The notes: generated by a model from the letters alone, not told the origin. A stretch of DNA of 25,113 nt from Chlamydiia bacterium (GCA_049314435.1 JBMOFD010000023.1:1-25113), one strand, 5' to 3'. Shown: positions 7,619 through 18,060, counted from the stretch's first letter. Numbers and translations are program-made.

Positions 7619-9172
7619 GTGTCTTCTTCGTCAGGTGTGGGGTCAGGGTCCGGATCACATCCTCCGTTTAGACTGCAGGATGTGATCCTGCCCCGTGATC
7701 TTGTGGTGATCATGGATGCGGTTGGCGACAAGTTCAAAGCCATCCCCATTACCGATCTTGAACAGGTTCCCGCCATTGCACAAAGGCTGAAGCAGTTCGC
7801 AGAGAATCCAAAACACCCTATCGACCCCAAAGGGCTGCCTGCGGCTGTTAAAAGGGCCTTTGAAGGCATCATGGAGCTGGATAGCGATCCGGAATTCTTC
7901 AATCCGAGCCAGGACTTCTTTAAGACGGATGCTCGTAAGGAGCTGTTTCACAAGTTTGTGGCAGAACGAGCTGCTGATTATGCGTCCTATCTTGAATCGG
8001 TCCTGACTAGGCCAGAAATCGCCAAGATCGTCCTCAAAGAGGGGGCTGATGAGGTCCTCAGGCAAGAGGCCGCTGAGTATCGCAAAACGCATCTGAACGA
8101 AGCTCTGTCCAAAGAGGATGTGGAGAGAGAGCAACATCGTAATGCGCAGCAGCAAGTGCCTCAAACATTGGGTCTGAGCCAAGAAGCGTTTGATGAACAA
8201 CTCGCTCGTGAGATGGCTGGGTTGCTGCCCCTACGAGAACAGGAGAGAATTTGGCCACCTCGACCGGGAGAGGAGCGGGGATGGGCGGCTCTACCGCCAC
8301 GGAACCTAGGCGCAAGAGGGGTGCGATGGACTTCGACGGATCCAGCCGATTTTCCGCATGCCTTGCGGGAATCTGGATGGTTGGTCGATGGGCCCGAAGG
8401 TGACCGAGCGCGATGGTGGTTGCAACTGCTCGAGCAACACCCAGTGGAAGGTCTTCAGGTCAGAGAGATGGTTGATCTGCTGGGCACGAACAATCCAGGA
8501 ATCCAAGCGGATCTTGTGCGCAGATGGCAGAGTCTTAGCGAAGCTGGATACACCTTAAGTGCCCTTCGTGAGAGCATTCCATCCAACATCGCGCGACACA
8601 CTGATTTTACTACTCTTGTTTGGGTGGCAGAAACTTCTCGAGCCAGAGGACGTCCTGCCAACCTGATCGGTCGCTCAGACTGGTTACTCACCTCGATTCT
8701 GCTGTTTCTCAATGGTCGTGAGGGCATAAATGGACTTCCCATATCTCCAGAGCATCTGTCGGGCGCACTGCAAGCCGACTTAGCTGAGGTGGTTCGGGCA
8801 GATGCTCAGGCAGAGCTAGAGCGATGGGGTGCGAGGGGGAATTTGGTACGACAGCGGCTTGAAGAGCTGCCTCCCATCGAGGGACTTAGAGCTGCAGATG
8901 TGGATTTTCTATGTCGGCGTGAAGGAGGTGACATTGTCGGTGGATGGTTGGATCGATATCAGGGCATTCGGAACGCTGGCTTTACCTTAGAGGTTCTTCG
9001 AGCGAGCTCTCCCAGGAATAGCGCTGCCAGCCCGCCCCGTTTTGTCCCTTTTCCTGATCTCATCAGGGTAGCAGAAGCCGCGATGGGCAGAGGACACACG
9101 CCAGACCAGCTGGATGATTCTGATTGGAGGTCTTCTCGAGTGCTTGAACGGAGTTCCGATTCCCACTATTAG
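7619..9172 (+). CDS. Hypothetical protein (~517 aa) with two tandem ~100-aa C-terminal repeats, candidate effector
   Basis: ORF 7604..9172. GTG at 7619 after GAGG gives MSSSSGVGSGSGSHPP. Helical/coiled central region. Internal repeat at aa 268-366 and 411-514 (ORF numbering). Confidence 0.82.
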   Translation: MSSSSGVGSGSGSHPPFRLQDVILPRDLVVIMDAVGDKFKAIPITDLEQVPAIAQRLKQFAENPKHPIDPKGLPAAVKRAFEGIMELDSDPEFFNPSQDFFKTDARKELFHKFVAERAADYASYLESVLTRPEIAKIVLKEGADEVLRQEAAEYRKTHLNEALSKEDVEREQHRNAQQQVPQTLGLSQEAFDEQLAREMAGLLPLREQERIWPPRPGEERGWAALPPRNLGARGVRWTSTDPADFPHALRESGWLVDGPEGDRARWWLQLLEQHPVEGLQVREMVDLLGTNNPGIQADLVRRWQSLSEAGYTLSALRESIPSNIARHTDFTTLVWVAETSRARGRPANLIGRSDWLLTSILLFLNGREGINGLPISPEHLSGALQADLAEVVRADAQAELERWGARGNLVRQRLEELPPIEGLRAADVDFLCRREGGDIVGGWLDRYQGIRNAGFTLEVLRASSPRNSAASPPRFVPFPDLIRVAEAAMGRGHTPDQLDDSDWRSSRVLERSSDSHY

Positions 9173-9190
9173 GACATGGCGTTCCCTCTT

Positions 9191-10375
9191 CTATCGGTCT
9201 AGCCAACTGCCGGTATAGGCTTCGAGCTGTTGCCAGGGAACCAGCTGGAATTCCCTTCGCGTATCAGCTTCTGTGCCTCCGTAGACCAGGAGACGGCGTT
9301 CTGTGGGGATGCCGGCCAGCTCGCCATAGCGAAGTAGAGAATCGGCGGCCTCTGGATGGATGCTGACGCTGGACTTCACCTCGATCGCCAGGAGTCCTTC
9401 TGGGCGTTCCAGTACAAAATCGACTTCCATGCCGGAATGCTCTCGCCAGAAATAGATCTCGGGACGTTGGCCTCGGTTGTAGGCCTGTTTGAGAAGGTCG
9501 ACGTAGATCATGTTTTCGAACAGATTGCCCCTCTGATAGTAGGATGCAACCTGTCCTGGGGTTGTGATGCCGAGCAAGGCTAAAGCGAGGCCAGTATCCA
9601 TAAAATAGAGTTTGGGCGTCTTGACAAGGCGTTTGTTGTAGTTCCGATGATGCGGACTGACCAGCGAGATCACATAGCTCGCCTCCAGAATGGAGAGCCA
9701 GCGTTTGATCGTATTGACCGCCACGCCAGCTTCAGTCGCAAGGCTTGTTAGGTCCAGCAGCTGCCCGATGCGGCCTGCGCAGAGTTTGAGCACTAAGGTG
9801 AACGCGCGTAGGTCTCCTACATCGAGTAGTTGGCGGACGTCGCGTTGCACATAAGTCGTGATGTATTCTGGATACCATTCGTCGGGTGTAAAGCGGTTGA
9901 GAAACACGCTAGGGAAGAGGCCAGTCCATAGCCATTGGTCCAATGTTGCGGGGACCGCCGGTGCTGTCAAAGCCTCGCGAATGCTGAGGGGCAATAGGGT
10001 GCGCAGCGCAATGCGTCCGGCAAGACTCTCAGAGATGCGGGCGTGCATGGCAAAGTTCTGCGAGCCGGTCAGGATGTAGCGCCCAGGACGCTGGTCTTCA
10101 TCTACGAGGGGCAACAATGTAGAAAACAGTTCAGGTACGTTCTGCGCCTCATCGATGATCAGTCCTGCTGCTGACGGCTTGAGCCGGAGGAATCCTTCCG
10201 GGTCCTGAGCGGCAGCTTGAGCTTCTGTGATCAGATCGAGGTTGACGTACCGGTGGTCGGGGAAGGCGGCGCGCACTAGAGTGGTCTTGCCTGATTGTCG
10301 CGGCCCCAATACGCCGATAACAGGAAACTTACTTGCATAGCGTTGAATGGTGGTTGTTTCCTGGCGAGGCAGCAT
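9191..10375 (-). CDS. AAA+ ATP-binding protein (AAA_14 + DUF4143, C-terminal PD-(D/E)XK-like domain)
   Basis: Walker A GPRQSGKTT, Walker B LIIDEAQ, ILTGSQ, ESLAGR, HTH-like region (LATEAGVAVNTIKRWLSILE), KTPKLYFMDTGL, FEN, and EVDFVL...AIEVKS. Confidence 0.92.
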   Translation of the reverse strand: MLPRQETTTIQRYASKFPVIGVLGPRQSGKTTLVRAAFPDHRYVNLDLITEAQAAAQDPEGFLRLKPSAAGLIIDEAQNVPELFSTLLPLVDEDQRPGRYILTGSQNFAMHARISESLAGRIALRTLLPLSIREALTAPAVPATLDQWLWTGLFPSVFLNRFTPDEWYPEYITTYVQRDVRQLLDVGDLRAFTLVLKLCAGRIGQLLDLTSLATEAGVAVNTIKRWLSILEASYVISLVSPHHRNYNKRLVKTPKLYFMDTGLALALLGITTPGQVASYYQRGNLFENMIYVDLLKQAYNRGQRPEIYFWREHSGMEVDFVLERPEGLLAIEVKSSVSIHPEAADSLLRYGELAGIPTERRLLVYGGTEADTRREFQLVPWQQLEAYTGSWLDR

Positions 10376-10430
10376 GTTTCTTCCTATCTCTGGGGCGCCC
10401 GGCAGGACGCCTGCCCCAATGAGTTTGTTG

Positions 10431-10453
10431 ATTTTGCTTTATGATAGCAAAAT
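10431..10453 (-). promoter_or_regulatory. Palindromic operator-like site overlapping an extended -10 box of the DUF4143 ATPase gene
   Basis: ATTTTGCT-N7-AGCAAAAT perfect 8-bp inverted repeat. The minus strand reads TG-C-TATCAT (extended -10) within it, ~65 nt upstream of the ATG. Confidence 0.5.
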
Positions 10454-10647
10454 TTCACAATCAGCAACATGCCCCCACCGATTTGGTGGTTACGACGAGT
10501 CTGGGCTTGAGAGTGACAGCTTTGCGTCCGTTGTGTAGTTTGCAGGAAACCAATTCGCAATTGCGGATCGTGCCACCATCATGTGGTTAGAGCAGATCAC
10601 CATCTGCCTTGAGGCGCACATGCAGACCGACTGGGATATCTCGACCG

Positions 10648-13600
10648 ATGCTGAACTTTCGCAAGATTCGTCAGGATTTTAGCCAAAACCTCATCAAAGA
10701 GGGCAAAGAGCTCTTTGATAAGGGCAAAGTCCTCTCTGCAGAAGTCCAAGCTCTGGGCCGAGATTCCATCCGCGTCCGTGCCAAGGTCGCAGGTCAGTTC
10801 GACCACCATTATGATTGTGACATCGAGATCGACCGTGACGAGTCGGAACTGATCGACTCCAACTGTGACTGCCCCTACCACTCCGATTGTCAGCATCTGG
10901 CAGCGCTCGTGTTCCACCTGGAACAAAACCTCGATGGGATGGTCGTCCACTTTGGAAAGGGCGTCGACCTCTCCGAGTCGATGGGCGAAGAGGAGCAGGA
11001 AGAGGTCATGGCGACTCTGGCCCAAGCGAAGGGCAAAGAGGACGCCAGGCTGGATGAGGCGATCCAGCGTGAGATGCTCAACGAATACGTCCACGCCTCT
11101 CAGGTGCTGGGAACGGCTCCCTTCTTTCTACCCTCTACAGCCTCGGCTGAAGAGAACGTGGAGATCCTGGTCTGTGTGCAGACGATCCAGGCAAGGCATG
11201 TCGAGCTTCAGTTGGCTCTTCGCCTGCCCAACCGATCCAAGCCCGTTCATGTGCTGCAGCTCCGGCAATTTCTAGAGGCTGTTCGTTATGAAGAGCCCAC
11301 CTACTTAGCAGGTCGACGCTGGCTGATCACCTTATCAAGTTTTGCCGAGCATGGGCGTACGATTCTACGGGGGCTGATGGCCCACGGTCGCACGATGGAG
11401 GGGCAGCAGGATCGTCAGTCAAGAGTCCTCCAGTTGGATCTCGAGTCCTTTGGTGATCTGTTGGCCGATCTATACGATCAGATCCCTCCTCATGAGATCG
11501 CGCGACGAGGCGAGGGGGATGATGCCTCTGTGCCGATTCCCGGCATCATGTGGGAGTCATTAGATCAACCGATGAGAGTAGGACGTGCGGCTGCACAGTT
11601 CCGCTTCACATTAGAGGCTCTCAACGCACCCGAACCGCGTATCTTCTTGCAGCCCTCTCTCTGGATCGAGGGGCGTGAGGTGAGGCCCGAGGCCGTGACA
11701 CTCCTCGAGTGTGTGCATCCAGGACTCATCACAGACGGAACCTACCATCGTTTTGGTGGAGCGATTCGACGTGCTCACCTGCGCTGTCTACGAGAGATCC
11801 AGGATCTGGCGATCCCAGAGCCTCTCATGGGCACACTCATAGAGTATTCTCTGCCGGCTCTGCGTCGCCATGCACAGATCACGCCCTGTGTTGCGCTGGC
11901 TCGCTGCTTGACACGCCCGGCGACGGGACCTGTAGAAGCGATCTGCCGTCTGACCTATGTAGATGGGGAGCTCGAAGCCTCCATGTCCTTCTTATATGAA
12001 GGGTATGAGGTGCCCGCTGATCCTCGACAGCTCCAGATGAAACATCTGCAGCATTTCTGCACAGATCAGGGCGTCTTGGCTCGCCAGCTGACTGAAGAGA
12101 GAGCTCTCCTTGAGGAGCTGTTTCAGGACTTCCAGTACAAGGCAGAACTGGGTCTCTACTCCGTCAAATCAGATCGCCGCATCGTCGAGTTCATGACCGA
12201 GATCGTGCCTCGCCTTCAGGGGCGGGTGCAGTTTGAATGTCCCAAAGCACTCCTGGATCAGTTCATCTACGATCAGAGTGAGTTCGCGCTTGAAGTGCGC
12301 CTTGGCTCCTGTGTGGATCATTTTGAGATCGCGCTTACCGTGCAGGGTGATCTGAAGGGTGTCAAGACCGAGCTGCTCTGGGATTGCTTAGCAGCGAAGA
12401 GGTCATTCATTGAGTTGCCTCCTACGCACGCGCAAAAGGATCGGACATCGAGGATCCTCGTGCTGGACCTCGATCGCTTAGGTGCCGTCGTGCAGCTCTT
12501 TGATGAGCTGGGTATCGAGACCTTAGATACACATATTGAGCAGAGACCACTGTGGACTCTTGTCTCTCTACAGCCCGAACAGATGGCTGGCTTGCCCTTA
12601 AAGTTCTCCATTGCCCCTGAGCTGCTCGTTCTGCAGCAGCAGATGTTAGGAAACACATCGGTGGAAGATCCCGTCGATCTGGATATGGTGAAGGCTACTT
12701 TACGACGCTACCAAGTCGAGGGGGTACAGTGGCTCAACCGCCTACGCAAGATGCACCTCAATGGGATCTTGGCCGATGACATGGGCCTCGGTAAGACGGT
12801 GCAGGCGATCAGTGCTCTCTGCCATGTGAAAGCGGTCAATCCCAAAGCGACCGCGCTGGTCGTCTGTCCTACCTCTCTTCTCTATAACTGGCAGGAGGAG
12901 TTGCATAAGTTTGCGCCTCAGCTGACGACCCTGGTGATCGACGGAGTTCCAGCTGCACGTAAGAAGCTCCTAGCTCAGATGGAGAAAGCTGATGTCGTCA
13001 TCACCTCCTACACGCTTCTGCAGAAGGATGTGGAGGTTCATCGGAAGAGGCCCTACACCTATGCCATCCTCGACGAGGCGCAACACATCAAGAACCGCGG
13101 TACACGCAATGCGAAGTCCGTGAAGCTGATCCAGGCACAGCATCGCTTGATCCTCAGCGGTACGCCAGTGGAGAACTCGCTAGAAGAAATGTGGAGCCTC
13201 TTCGACTTCCTGATGCCAGGGCTTCTGGGCTCCTTCGAGCGATTCCAGGAAAAATACATGCGTCAGGGCATGAACTCGGCCAGTCCCGGCAAGGTGATAC
13301 AAGGTCGCCATCTGGAGCCGCTACGTAAGAAGGTAGCACCCTTTATTCTTCGACGGATGAAAGCCGATGTGCTCGAGGATCTGCCTCCGATCACGGAGTC
13401 GATCTACCACTGCCAGCTCTCCGCTGTGCAGCAAGATCTCTATCGTTCTTATGCGGCCTCAGCGCGTGCGGAGCTCACGCGGCTTGTGAGCAAAGAGGGC
13501 TTCGAGAAGGTTCAGATCCACGTGTTGGCGACGCTCACCAGGCTCAAGCAGATCTGCTGCCACCCTGGCATCTTTGCGAAAGAGGAGCGCGAGGAGGGAG

Positions 13601-14112
13601 ACTCAGCCAAGTATGAGATGATGCTGGATCTGCTCCAAAGTCTGATTGAGGGTGGTCATAAGACCGTGATCTTCAGTCAGTACACACGGATGCTGCAGAT
13701 CATGCGGGAGGACTTTACAGCGCAGGGCATTCGCTTCTGCTACCTCGACGGATCGAGCAAGAATCGTCTGGATATCGTGAACCAGTTCAATGAGGATCCG
13801 ACGATCCCCGTTTTCTTGGTGAGCCTCAAAGCAGGCGGTACCGGGCTCAACTTAGTCGGTGCCGATACGGTCATTCACTACGATATCTGGTGGAATCCAG
13901 CGGTGGAGAACCAAGCAACCGACCGAGTTCACCGATTAGGTCAAGATCGCCCAGTCACTGCATTTAAGCTAGTTACGTTGCAAACGATCGAGGAAAAGAT
14001 ATTACAGATGCAGCAACGAAAGCGAGGTCTGGTGAAAAAGGTGGTCAGTTGCGATGATGAGGCTTTAGCGAAACTGACCTGGGAAGAAGTGCTCGAGCTA
14101 CTACAAACATGA
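10648..14112 (+). CDS. SWIM zinc finger / SNF2-family (SWI/SNF) helicase, chlamydial CT708-like
   Basis: SWIM motif [81 protein letters not shown]. Start set to ATG 10648 ([11 protein letters not shown]). Stop overlaps the mreB start (ATGA). Confidence 0.95.
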   Translation: MLNFRKIRQDFSQNLIKEGKELFDKGKVLSAEVQALGRDSIRVRAKVAGQFDHHYDCDIEIDRDESELIDSNCDCPYHSDCQHLAALVFHLEQNLDGMVVHFGKGVDLSESMGEEEQEEVMATLAQAKGKEDARLDEAIQREMLNEYVHASQVLGTAPFFLPSTASAEENVEILVCVQTIQARHVELQLALRLPNRSKPVHVLQLRQFLEAVRYEEPTYLAGRRWLITLSSFAEHGRTILRGLMAHGRTMEGQQDRQSRVLQLDLESFGDLLADLYDQIPPHEIARRGEGDDASVPIPGIMWESLDQPMRVGRAAAQFRFTLEALNAPEPRIFLQPSLWIEGREVRPEAVTLLECVHPGLITDGTYHRFGGAIRRAHLRCLREIQDLAIPEPLMGTLIEYSLPALRRHAQITPCVALARCLTRPATGPVEAICRLTYVDGELEASMSFLYEGYEVPADPRQLQMKHLQHFCTDQGVLARQLTEERALLEELFQDFQYKAELGLYSVKSDRRIVEFMTEIVPRLQGRVQFECPKALLDQFIYDQSEFALEVRLGSCVDHFEIALTVQGDLKGVKTELLWDCLAAKRSFIELPPTHAQKDRTSRILVLDLDRLGAVVQLFDELGIETLDTHIEQRPLWTLVSLQPEQMAGLPLKFSIAPELLVLQQQMLGNTSVEDPVDLDMVKATLRRYQVEGVQWLNRLRKMHLNGILADDMGLGKTVQAISALCHVKAVNPKATALVVCPTSLLYNWQEELHKFAPQLTTLVIDGVPAARKKLLAQMEKADVVITSYTLLQKDVEVHRKRPYTYAILDEAQHIKNRGTRNAKSVKLIQAQHRLILSGTPVENSLEEMWSLFDFLMPGLLGSFERFQEKYMRQGMNSASPGKVIQGRHLEPLRKKVAPFILRRMKADVLEDLPPITESIYHCQLSAVQQDLYRSYAASARAELTRLVSKEGFEKVQIHVLATLTRLKQICCHPGIFAKEEREEGDSAKYEMMLDLLQSLIEGGHKTVIFSQYTRMLQIMREDFTAQGIRFCYLDGSSKNRLDIVNQFNEDPTIPVFLVSLKAGGTGLNLVGADTVIHYDIWWNPAVENQATDRVHRLGQDRPVTAFKLVTLQTIEEKILQMQQRKRGLVKKVVSCDDEALAKLTWEEVLELLQT

Positions 14113-15221
14113 GTGGGAAATCCTCTACAGCCAAATCCTTATTCGATGCGATTGGGAACGCCCTAATGCGTCCTCTACGTGGAGGTGCCTTAGAGCACCT
14201 CGGTCGATTATCAGGATTATTAAATCTAGACATTGGCATTGACCTTGGAACTGCCAACACCCTCGTTTACGTGAGGGGAAAGGGCATTGTTTTGGCCGAG
14301 CCATCTGTAGTGGCCGTTGATGCCATGACCAATCAGGTGTTGGCTGTTGGGCATAAGGCCAAGGCGATGCTTGGGAAGACTCCCAGGAAGATCCTTGCCG
14401 TGCGTCCTATGAAGGATGGCGTAATCGCCGACTTCGAGATCGCTGAGGGGATGTTGAAAGCCCTCATTCAGCGCGTCACACCGGCTCGTAATCTCTTCCG
14501 TCCGCGGATTTTGATTGCTGTGCCCTCGGGCATCACTGGGGTGGAGAAGCGTGCGGTAGAAGATTCCGCGCTTCACGCGGGTGCCCAAGAGGTGATTCTC
14601 ATTGAAGAACCTATGGCTGCGGCCATTGGCGTTGAGTTGCCTGTGCATGAGCCCGCCGGCTCGATGATCATCGACATCGGTGGTGGTACCACCGAGATCG
14701 CGATCATCTCTTTAGGCGGTATCGTGGAGTCGCGTTCCCTGCGTGTGGCTGGTGATGAGTTTGATGAGTGCATCATGAACTACATGAGGCGCACCTATAA
14801 CCTCATGATCGGGCCTCGTACGGCAGAAGAGATCAAGCTGACCATTGGAAGTGCCTATTCTCTTGGAGAACACGAACTCGAGATGGAAGTGCGCGGGCGT
14901 GACCAGGTAGCAGGGCTGCCAGTGACTAGACGCATCAACTCTGTAGAAGTGCGAGAGTGCCTATCAGAGCCGATCCAACAGATCATTGAGGCAGTGAAGC
15001 TCACGCTGGAAAAATGCCCTCCAGAATTGGCTGCTGACTTGGTCGAGCGTGGGATGGTGCTAGCTGGTGGAGGAGCTCTTCTGCGCGGCTTAGACAAGTA
15101 TCTGATCAAGGAGACGGGTCTACCGGTGATCGTAGCTCCCAATCCGCTCCTTGCCGTATGTTTGGGTACCGGGCGTGCGCTGGAGCATTTGGATAAGTTT
15201 CGCCGTCGAAAAGGCTCGTAA
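14109..15221 (+). CDS. mreB: Rod shape-determining protein MreB
   Basis: [51 protein letters not shown]. Extended amphipathic N-terminus as in chlamydial MreB. Confidence 0.98.
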   Translation: MSGKSSTAKSLFDAIGNALMRPLRGGALEHLGRLSGLLNLDIGIDLGTANTLVYVRGKGIVLAEPSVVAVDAMTNQVLAVGHKAKAMLGKTPRKILAVRPMKDGVIADFEIAEGMLKALIQRVTPARNLFRPRILIAVPSGITGVEKRAVEDSALHAGAQEVILIEEPMAAAIGVELPVHEPAGSMIIDIGGGTTEIAIISLGGIVESRSLRVAGDEFDECIMNYMRRTYNLMIGPRTAEEIKLTIGSAYSLGEHELEMEVRGRDQVAGLPVTRRINSVEVRECLSEPIQQIIEAVKLTLEKCPPELAADLVERGMVLAGGGALLRGLDKYLIKETGLPVIVAPNPLLAVCLGTGRALEHLDKFRRRKGS

Positions 15222-15228
15222 CGACCTA

Positions 15229-15264
15229 GAGAGGGCGTCATCTCATCAGATGAGATGACCTCTC
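15229..15264 (+). promoter_or_regulatory. Intergenic hairpin between mreB and pckG (no U tract)
   Basis: GTCATCTCAT-CAG-ATGAGATGAC perfect 10-bp stem, extendable by GAGAG/CTCTC. Ends just before the AAGGA SD of pckG. Confidence 0.55.
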
Positions 15265-15277
15265 CAAGGATTCAGGT

Positions 15278-17008
15278 ATGCACCTAGCCAAATGGCTGCA
15301 AGAGGTTGTCCAGCTCTGTCGTCCAGAGCGAGTGCATATCTGTGATGGCTCCGAAGCCGAAGCCGCTCTCCTACAAGAAGAGCTCATCTCTCGTGGGCAG
15401 CTTGTCCGACTCAATCCTGCCCTTCGTCCTAATAGTTTCTGGTGTCGTACCCATCCTGACGACACAGCTCGTGTCGAAGAGCGCACCTTCATCTGCACCA
15501 CCCGGCCAGAACAGGTAGGCCCTACCAACCACTGGGCTGATCCTAGTGCCATGGAGGCCCAGCTCAAGAAGCTCTTTGCTGGCTCCATGAGCGGTCGCGT
15601 AGCCTACGTCATTCCTTTCCTTATGGGCCCCATGGGCGCCAAGCACTCCATGGTGGGTGTGCAGATCACAGACAGTCCGTATGTGGTCCTTAATATGAGG
15701 ATCATGACGCTGATGGGGCCGGAGGTCCTGGCCCTGATCCATGCAGGAACGCCCTTCATTCCCTGCCTGCACTCCGTGGGTATGCCTCTGGAGTTGGGTC
15801 AAAAGGATAGCTATTGGCCCTGTAATCCCCAGAACACCGTCATCGCTCATTTCCCTGAAACGAGACGGGTGTACTCCTATGGGAGCGGCTATGGTGGCAA
15901 TGCTCTCCTCAGCAAGAAGAGCCTGGCGCTGCGATTGGCCTCTTGGATAGGTCATGAAGAGGGATGGCTCGCTGAACACATGCTGATCATGGGACTGAAG
16001 AGCCCAGAAGGTGAGAAGCGTTATCTCACGGCCGCTTTTCCCTCCTCCTGTGGGAAGACGGTGCTCTCGATGATCCCGACGGAGAGTGTGCAGCACCTCT
16101 CCGACACACCGGGGTGCCAGCCAGCGCCAGGATGGACCACTTCGGTGGTTGGAGATGACATCGCCTGGTTGTGGTGGACTCCTGAGGGGCTCAGAGCGCT
16201 CAATCCTGAGACGGGCATGTTTGGCGTAGCTCCTGGCACCAATGAGGAGACCGCCCCTCACATCATACAGACAATACGTGCCAATACCATCTTCACCAAC
16301 ACCGCACTGACCTGTGAAGGGGATGTCTGGTGGGAGGGGCTGACGCCCACACCACCTGAGGGAGTGATCTCCTGGTTGGGACGCCCCTGGTCCTCAGATA
16401 GTGGAGAGAAAGCGGCTCACCCGAACAGTCGATTTACAGCACCTCTCTCGCAGAGCCCCGTCTTAGATCCGCACTGGCGCGATCCTGATGGCGTGCCGAT
16501 CTCGGCTGTGATCTTTGGAGGACGACGTACTACGCTGATGCCTCTCGTGGTAGAGGGCAGCGACTGGACCCAGGGCGTCTTCTACGGAGCCTCGCTCGGC
16601 AGTGAGACGACAGCCGCGGCCGCAGGCACTGTAGGCATGTTGCGTCACGATCCCTTTGCGATGCTGCCCTTCTGTGGCTACAACATGGCCGACTACATCC
16701 ACTACTGGGAGAGCTTCAAACAGCAGCCCATACGGCCGAAGATCTTTGCGGTGAACTGGTTTAGGAAGGGACCCGATGGCAAGTTCATCTGGCCGGGATA
16801 CCAGAAGAACCTCAAGGTCCTGCAGTGGATCCATGCTCGCTGTGGAAAGACGCCTCCACCCGTGAACCATTCAGTTCTGGGTGAGCTGCCCGACCCATCT
16901 GCTGGGTTCCCTGAAGAGCTCGTGACCTTTGAAACTGCCGACATGCAGGAAGAGCTCGATAACGACCACGCCTACCTAGAAAGCCTCGGCGCACAGCTAG
17001 GAAAGTGA
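15278..17008 (+). CDS. pckG: Phosphoenolpyruvate carboxykinase (GTP)
   Basis: DTARVE, GSGYGGNALL, WLAEHM, P-loop FPSSCGKT, VGDDIAW, NPETGMFGVAPGT, HPNSRF, FGGRR, DPFAMLPFCGYN, VNWFRK. Follows mreB as in Chlamydia. Confidence 0.96.
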   Translation: MHLAKWLQEVVQLCRPERVHICDGSEAEAALLQEELISRGQLVRLNPALRPNSFWCRTHPDDTARVEERTFICTTRPEQVGPTNHWADPSAMEAQLKKLFAGSMSGRVAYVIPFLMGPMGAKHSMVGVQITDSPYVVLNMRIMTLMGPEVLALIHAGTPFIPCLHSVGMPLELGQKDSYWPCNPQNTVIAHFPETRRVYSYGSGYGGNALLSKKSLALRLASWIGHEEGWLAEHMLIMGLKSPEGEKRYLTAAFPSSCGKTVLSMIPTESVQHLSDTPGCQPAPGWTTSVVGDDIAWLWWTPEGLRALNPETGMFGVAPGTNEETAPHIIQTIRANTIFTNTALTCEGDVWWEGLTPTPPEGVISWLGRPWSSDSGEKAAHPNSRFTAPLSQSPVLDPHWRDPDGVPISAVIFGGRRTTLMPLVVEGSDWTQGVFYGASLGSETTAAAAGTVGMLRHDPFAMLPFCGYNMADYIHYWESFKQQPIRPKIFAVNWFRKGPDGKFIWPGYQKNLKVLQWIHARCGKTPPPVNHSVLGELPDPSAGFPEELVTFETADMQEELDNDHAYLESLGAQLGK

Positions 17009-17635
17009 GGCAGGAGCGGGTGCACGCTGCCCTGCACCCGCTGGGAGACCACGTCCTCCAGGCCCCCTATGCAAGAACATCAAAAAGTTGCTCAGCAAGG
17101 TCATCCCATGGGGTGACCAAGCTGACTCCGGATGGAATTGGACGCCATACCAGGGCGCATCTCGATGCTGCATGCCCATGACTTCGCCCTCTGTAGACCA
17201 AGCACAGGGGATCCACATAGGGGAGAGCCTGTCAGGAAGAACGGTCAGGCTATTGTAGCGAATGAATTCGGCGGGCGAGGGGATTCCCTGGAATAGGTCA
17301 GTGCCTTGGTGATGAACAGAGGCGCTCATCCCGTGCATCGGGGCGATCGATCGCTGGACGACGGCTCCGCCATGTTCTCCCATGACCTGATGACCAAGAC
17401 AGACGCCAAGAATGGGTAGGTGAAGAGGGGCGTGAGTGAGGAGAGCATGACCCAACAGGGCATCTCGCGGATGTCCTGGGCCGGGACCTAGAACAACGGC
17501 TGTGGGTTGAAGAGCTAAGAGCTGGTCGAAGGAACAGGTGTCGTGTGCCACGACATGAACCTCCTGGCGCAAGGACTGAAAGGCCTGCGCCAGATTGATC
17601 GTGAAACTATCGTGATGATCGACGATGAGGATCAC
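16997..17635 (-). CDS. Class I glutamine amidotransferase, anthranilate/aminodeoxychorismate synthase component II (TrpG/PabA)
   Basis: (M)[21 protein letters not shown], catalytic [22 protein letters not shown] start at 17635 overlaps the ndk TGA (GTGA). TrpG and PabA cannot be distinguished by eye. Confidence 0.92.
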   Translation of the reverse strand: MILIVDHHDSFTINLAQAFQSLRQEVHVVAHDTCSFDQLLALQPTAVVLGPGPGHPRDALLGHALLTHAPLHLPILGVCLGHQVMGEHGGAVVQRSIAPMHGMSASVHHQGTDLFQGIPSPAEFIRYNSLTVLPDRLSPMWIPCAWSTEGEVMGMQHRDAPWYGVQFHPESAWSPHGMTLLSNFLMFLHRGPGGRGLPAGAGQRAPAPASLS

Positions 17636-18060
17636 GCGCGGGGGCAGATCTCTGTTTGAGCAAAGAAGTAGGCGATCTCGATCCCTGCATTCTCTAGGCT
17701 GTCGGAACCGTGGACGCCGTTGCAATCGATCGACTCGCAGAAGTCCCTACGGATGGTTCCAGGAGCGGCTTTCTTAGGGTCAGTGGCACCCATGATGTCG
17801 CGATTGCGAACGACAGCATCTTCTCCTTCAAGGACCATGATCAAGCAGGGGCCTGAGATCATGAAGGTCACGAGGTCATTGAAGAAGGGACGAGCGCGAT
17901 GGACCGAGTAGAAGCCTTCAGCTTCCTGTCGGGAGAGCTGCTTCATCTTAGCCGCGACGATGCGCAGGCCCGCTTTCTCTAGATAGGAGCAGGCACCACC
18001 AATGCGATTGTTGGTGACGGTGTCTGGTTTTAGGATCGAAAGGGTACGTTCTAATGCCAT
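17632..18060 (-). CDS. ndk: Nucleoside diphosphate kinase
   Basis: [36 protein letters not shown], catalytic [14 protein letters not shown]. Start at ATG 18060. Confidence 0.97.
   Translation of the reverse strand: MALERTLSILKPDTVTNNRIGGACSYLEKAGLRIVAAKMKQLSRQEAEGFYSVHRARPFFNDLVTFMISGPCLIMVLEGEDAVVRNRDIMGATDPKKAAPGTIRRDFCESIDCNGVHGSDSLENAGIEIAYFFAQTEICPRA

Noticed and set aside
7416..7658. 80-aa ORF as an independent gene
   Set aside because: It is a chimera of antisense/promoter sequence and the decayed ATPase remnant, and ends out of frame.
6759..9172. Homology between the 183-aa and 517-aa orphans
   Set aside because: Only a short HP..PF..D resemblance, with no extended alignment visible.
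5939..10600. tRNA-integrated genomic island or prophage
   Set aside because: The accessory block lies on the 5' side of the tRNAs, I found no duplicated tRNA 3' end (att), and there is no integrase or phage gene.
15371..16261. 296-aa antisense ORF within pckG and other shadow ORFs inside clpX, clpP, tig, SNF2, mreB and kdsA
   Set aside because: They fully overlap well-supported genes, and long antisense ORFs are expected at this GC content.
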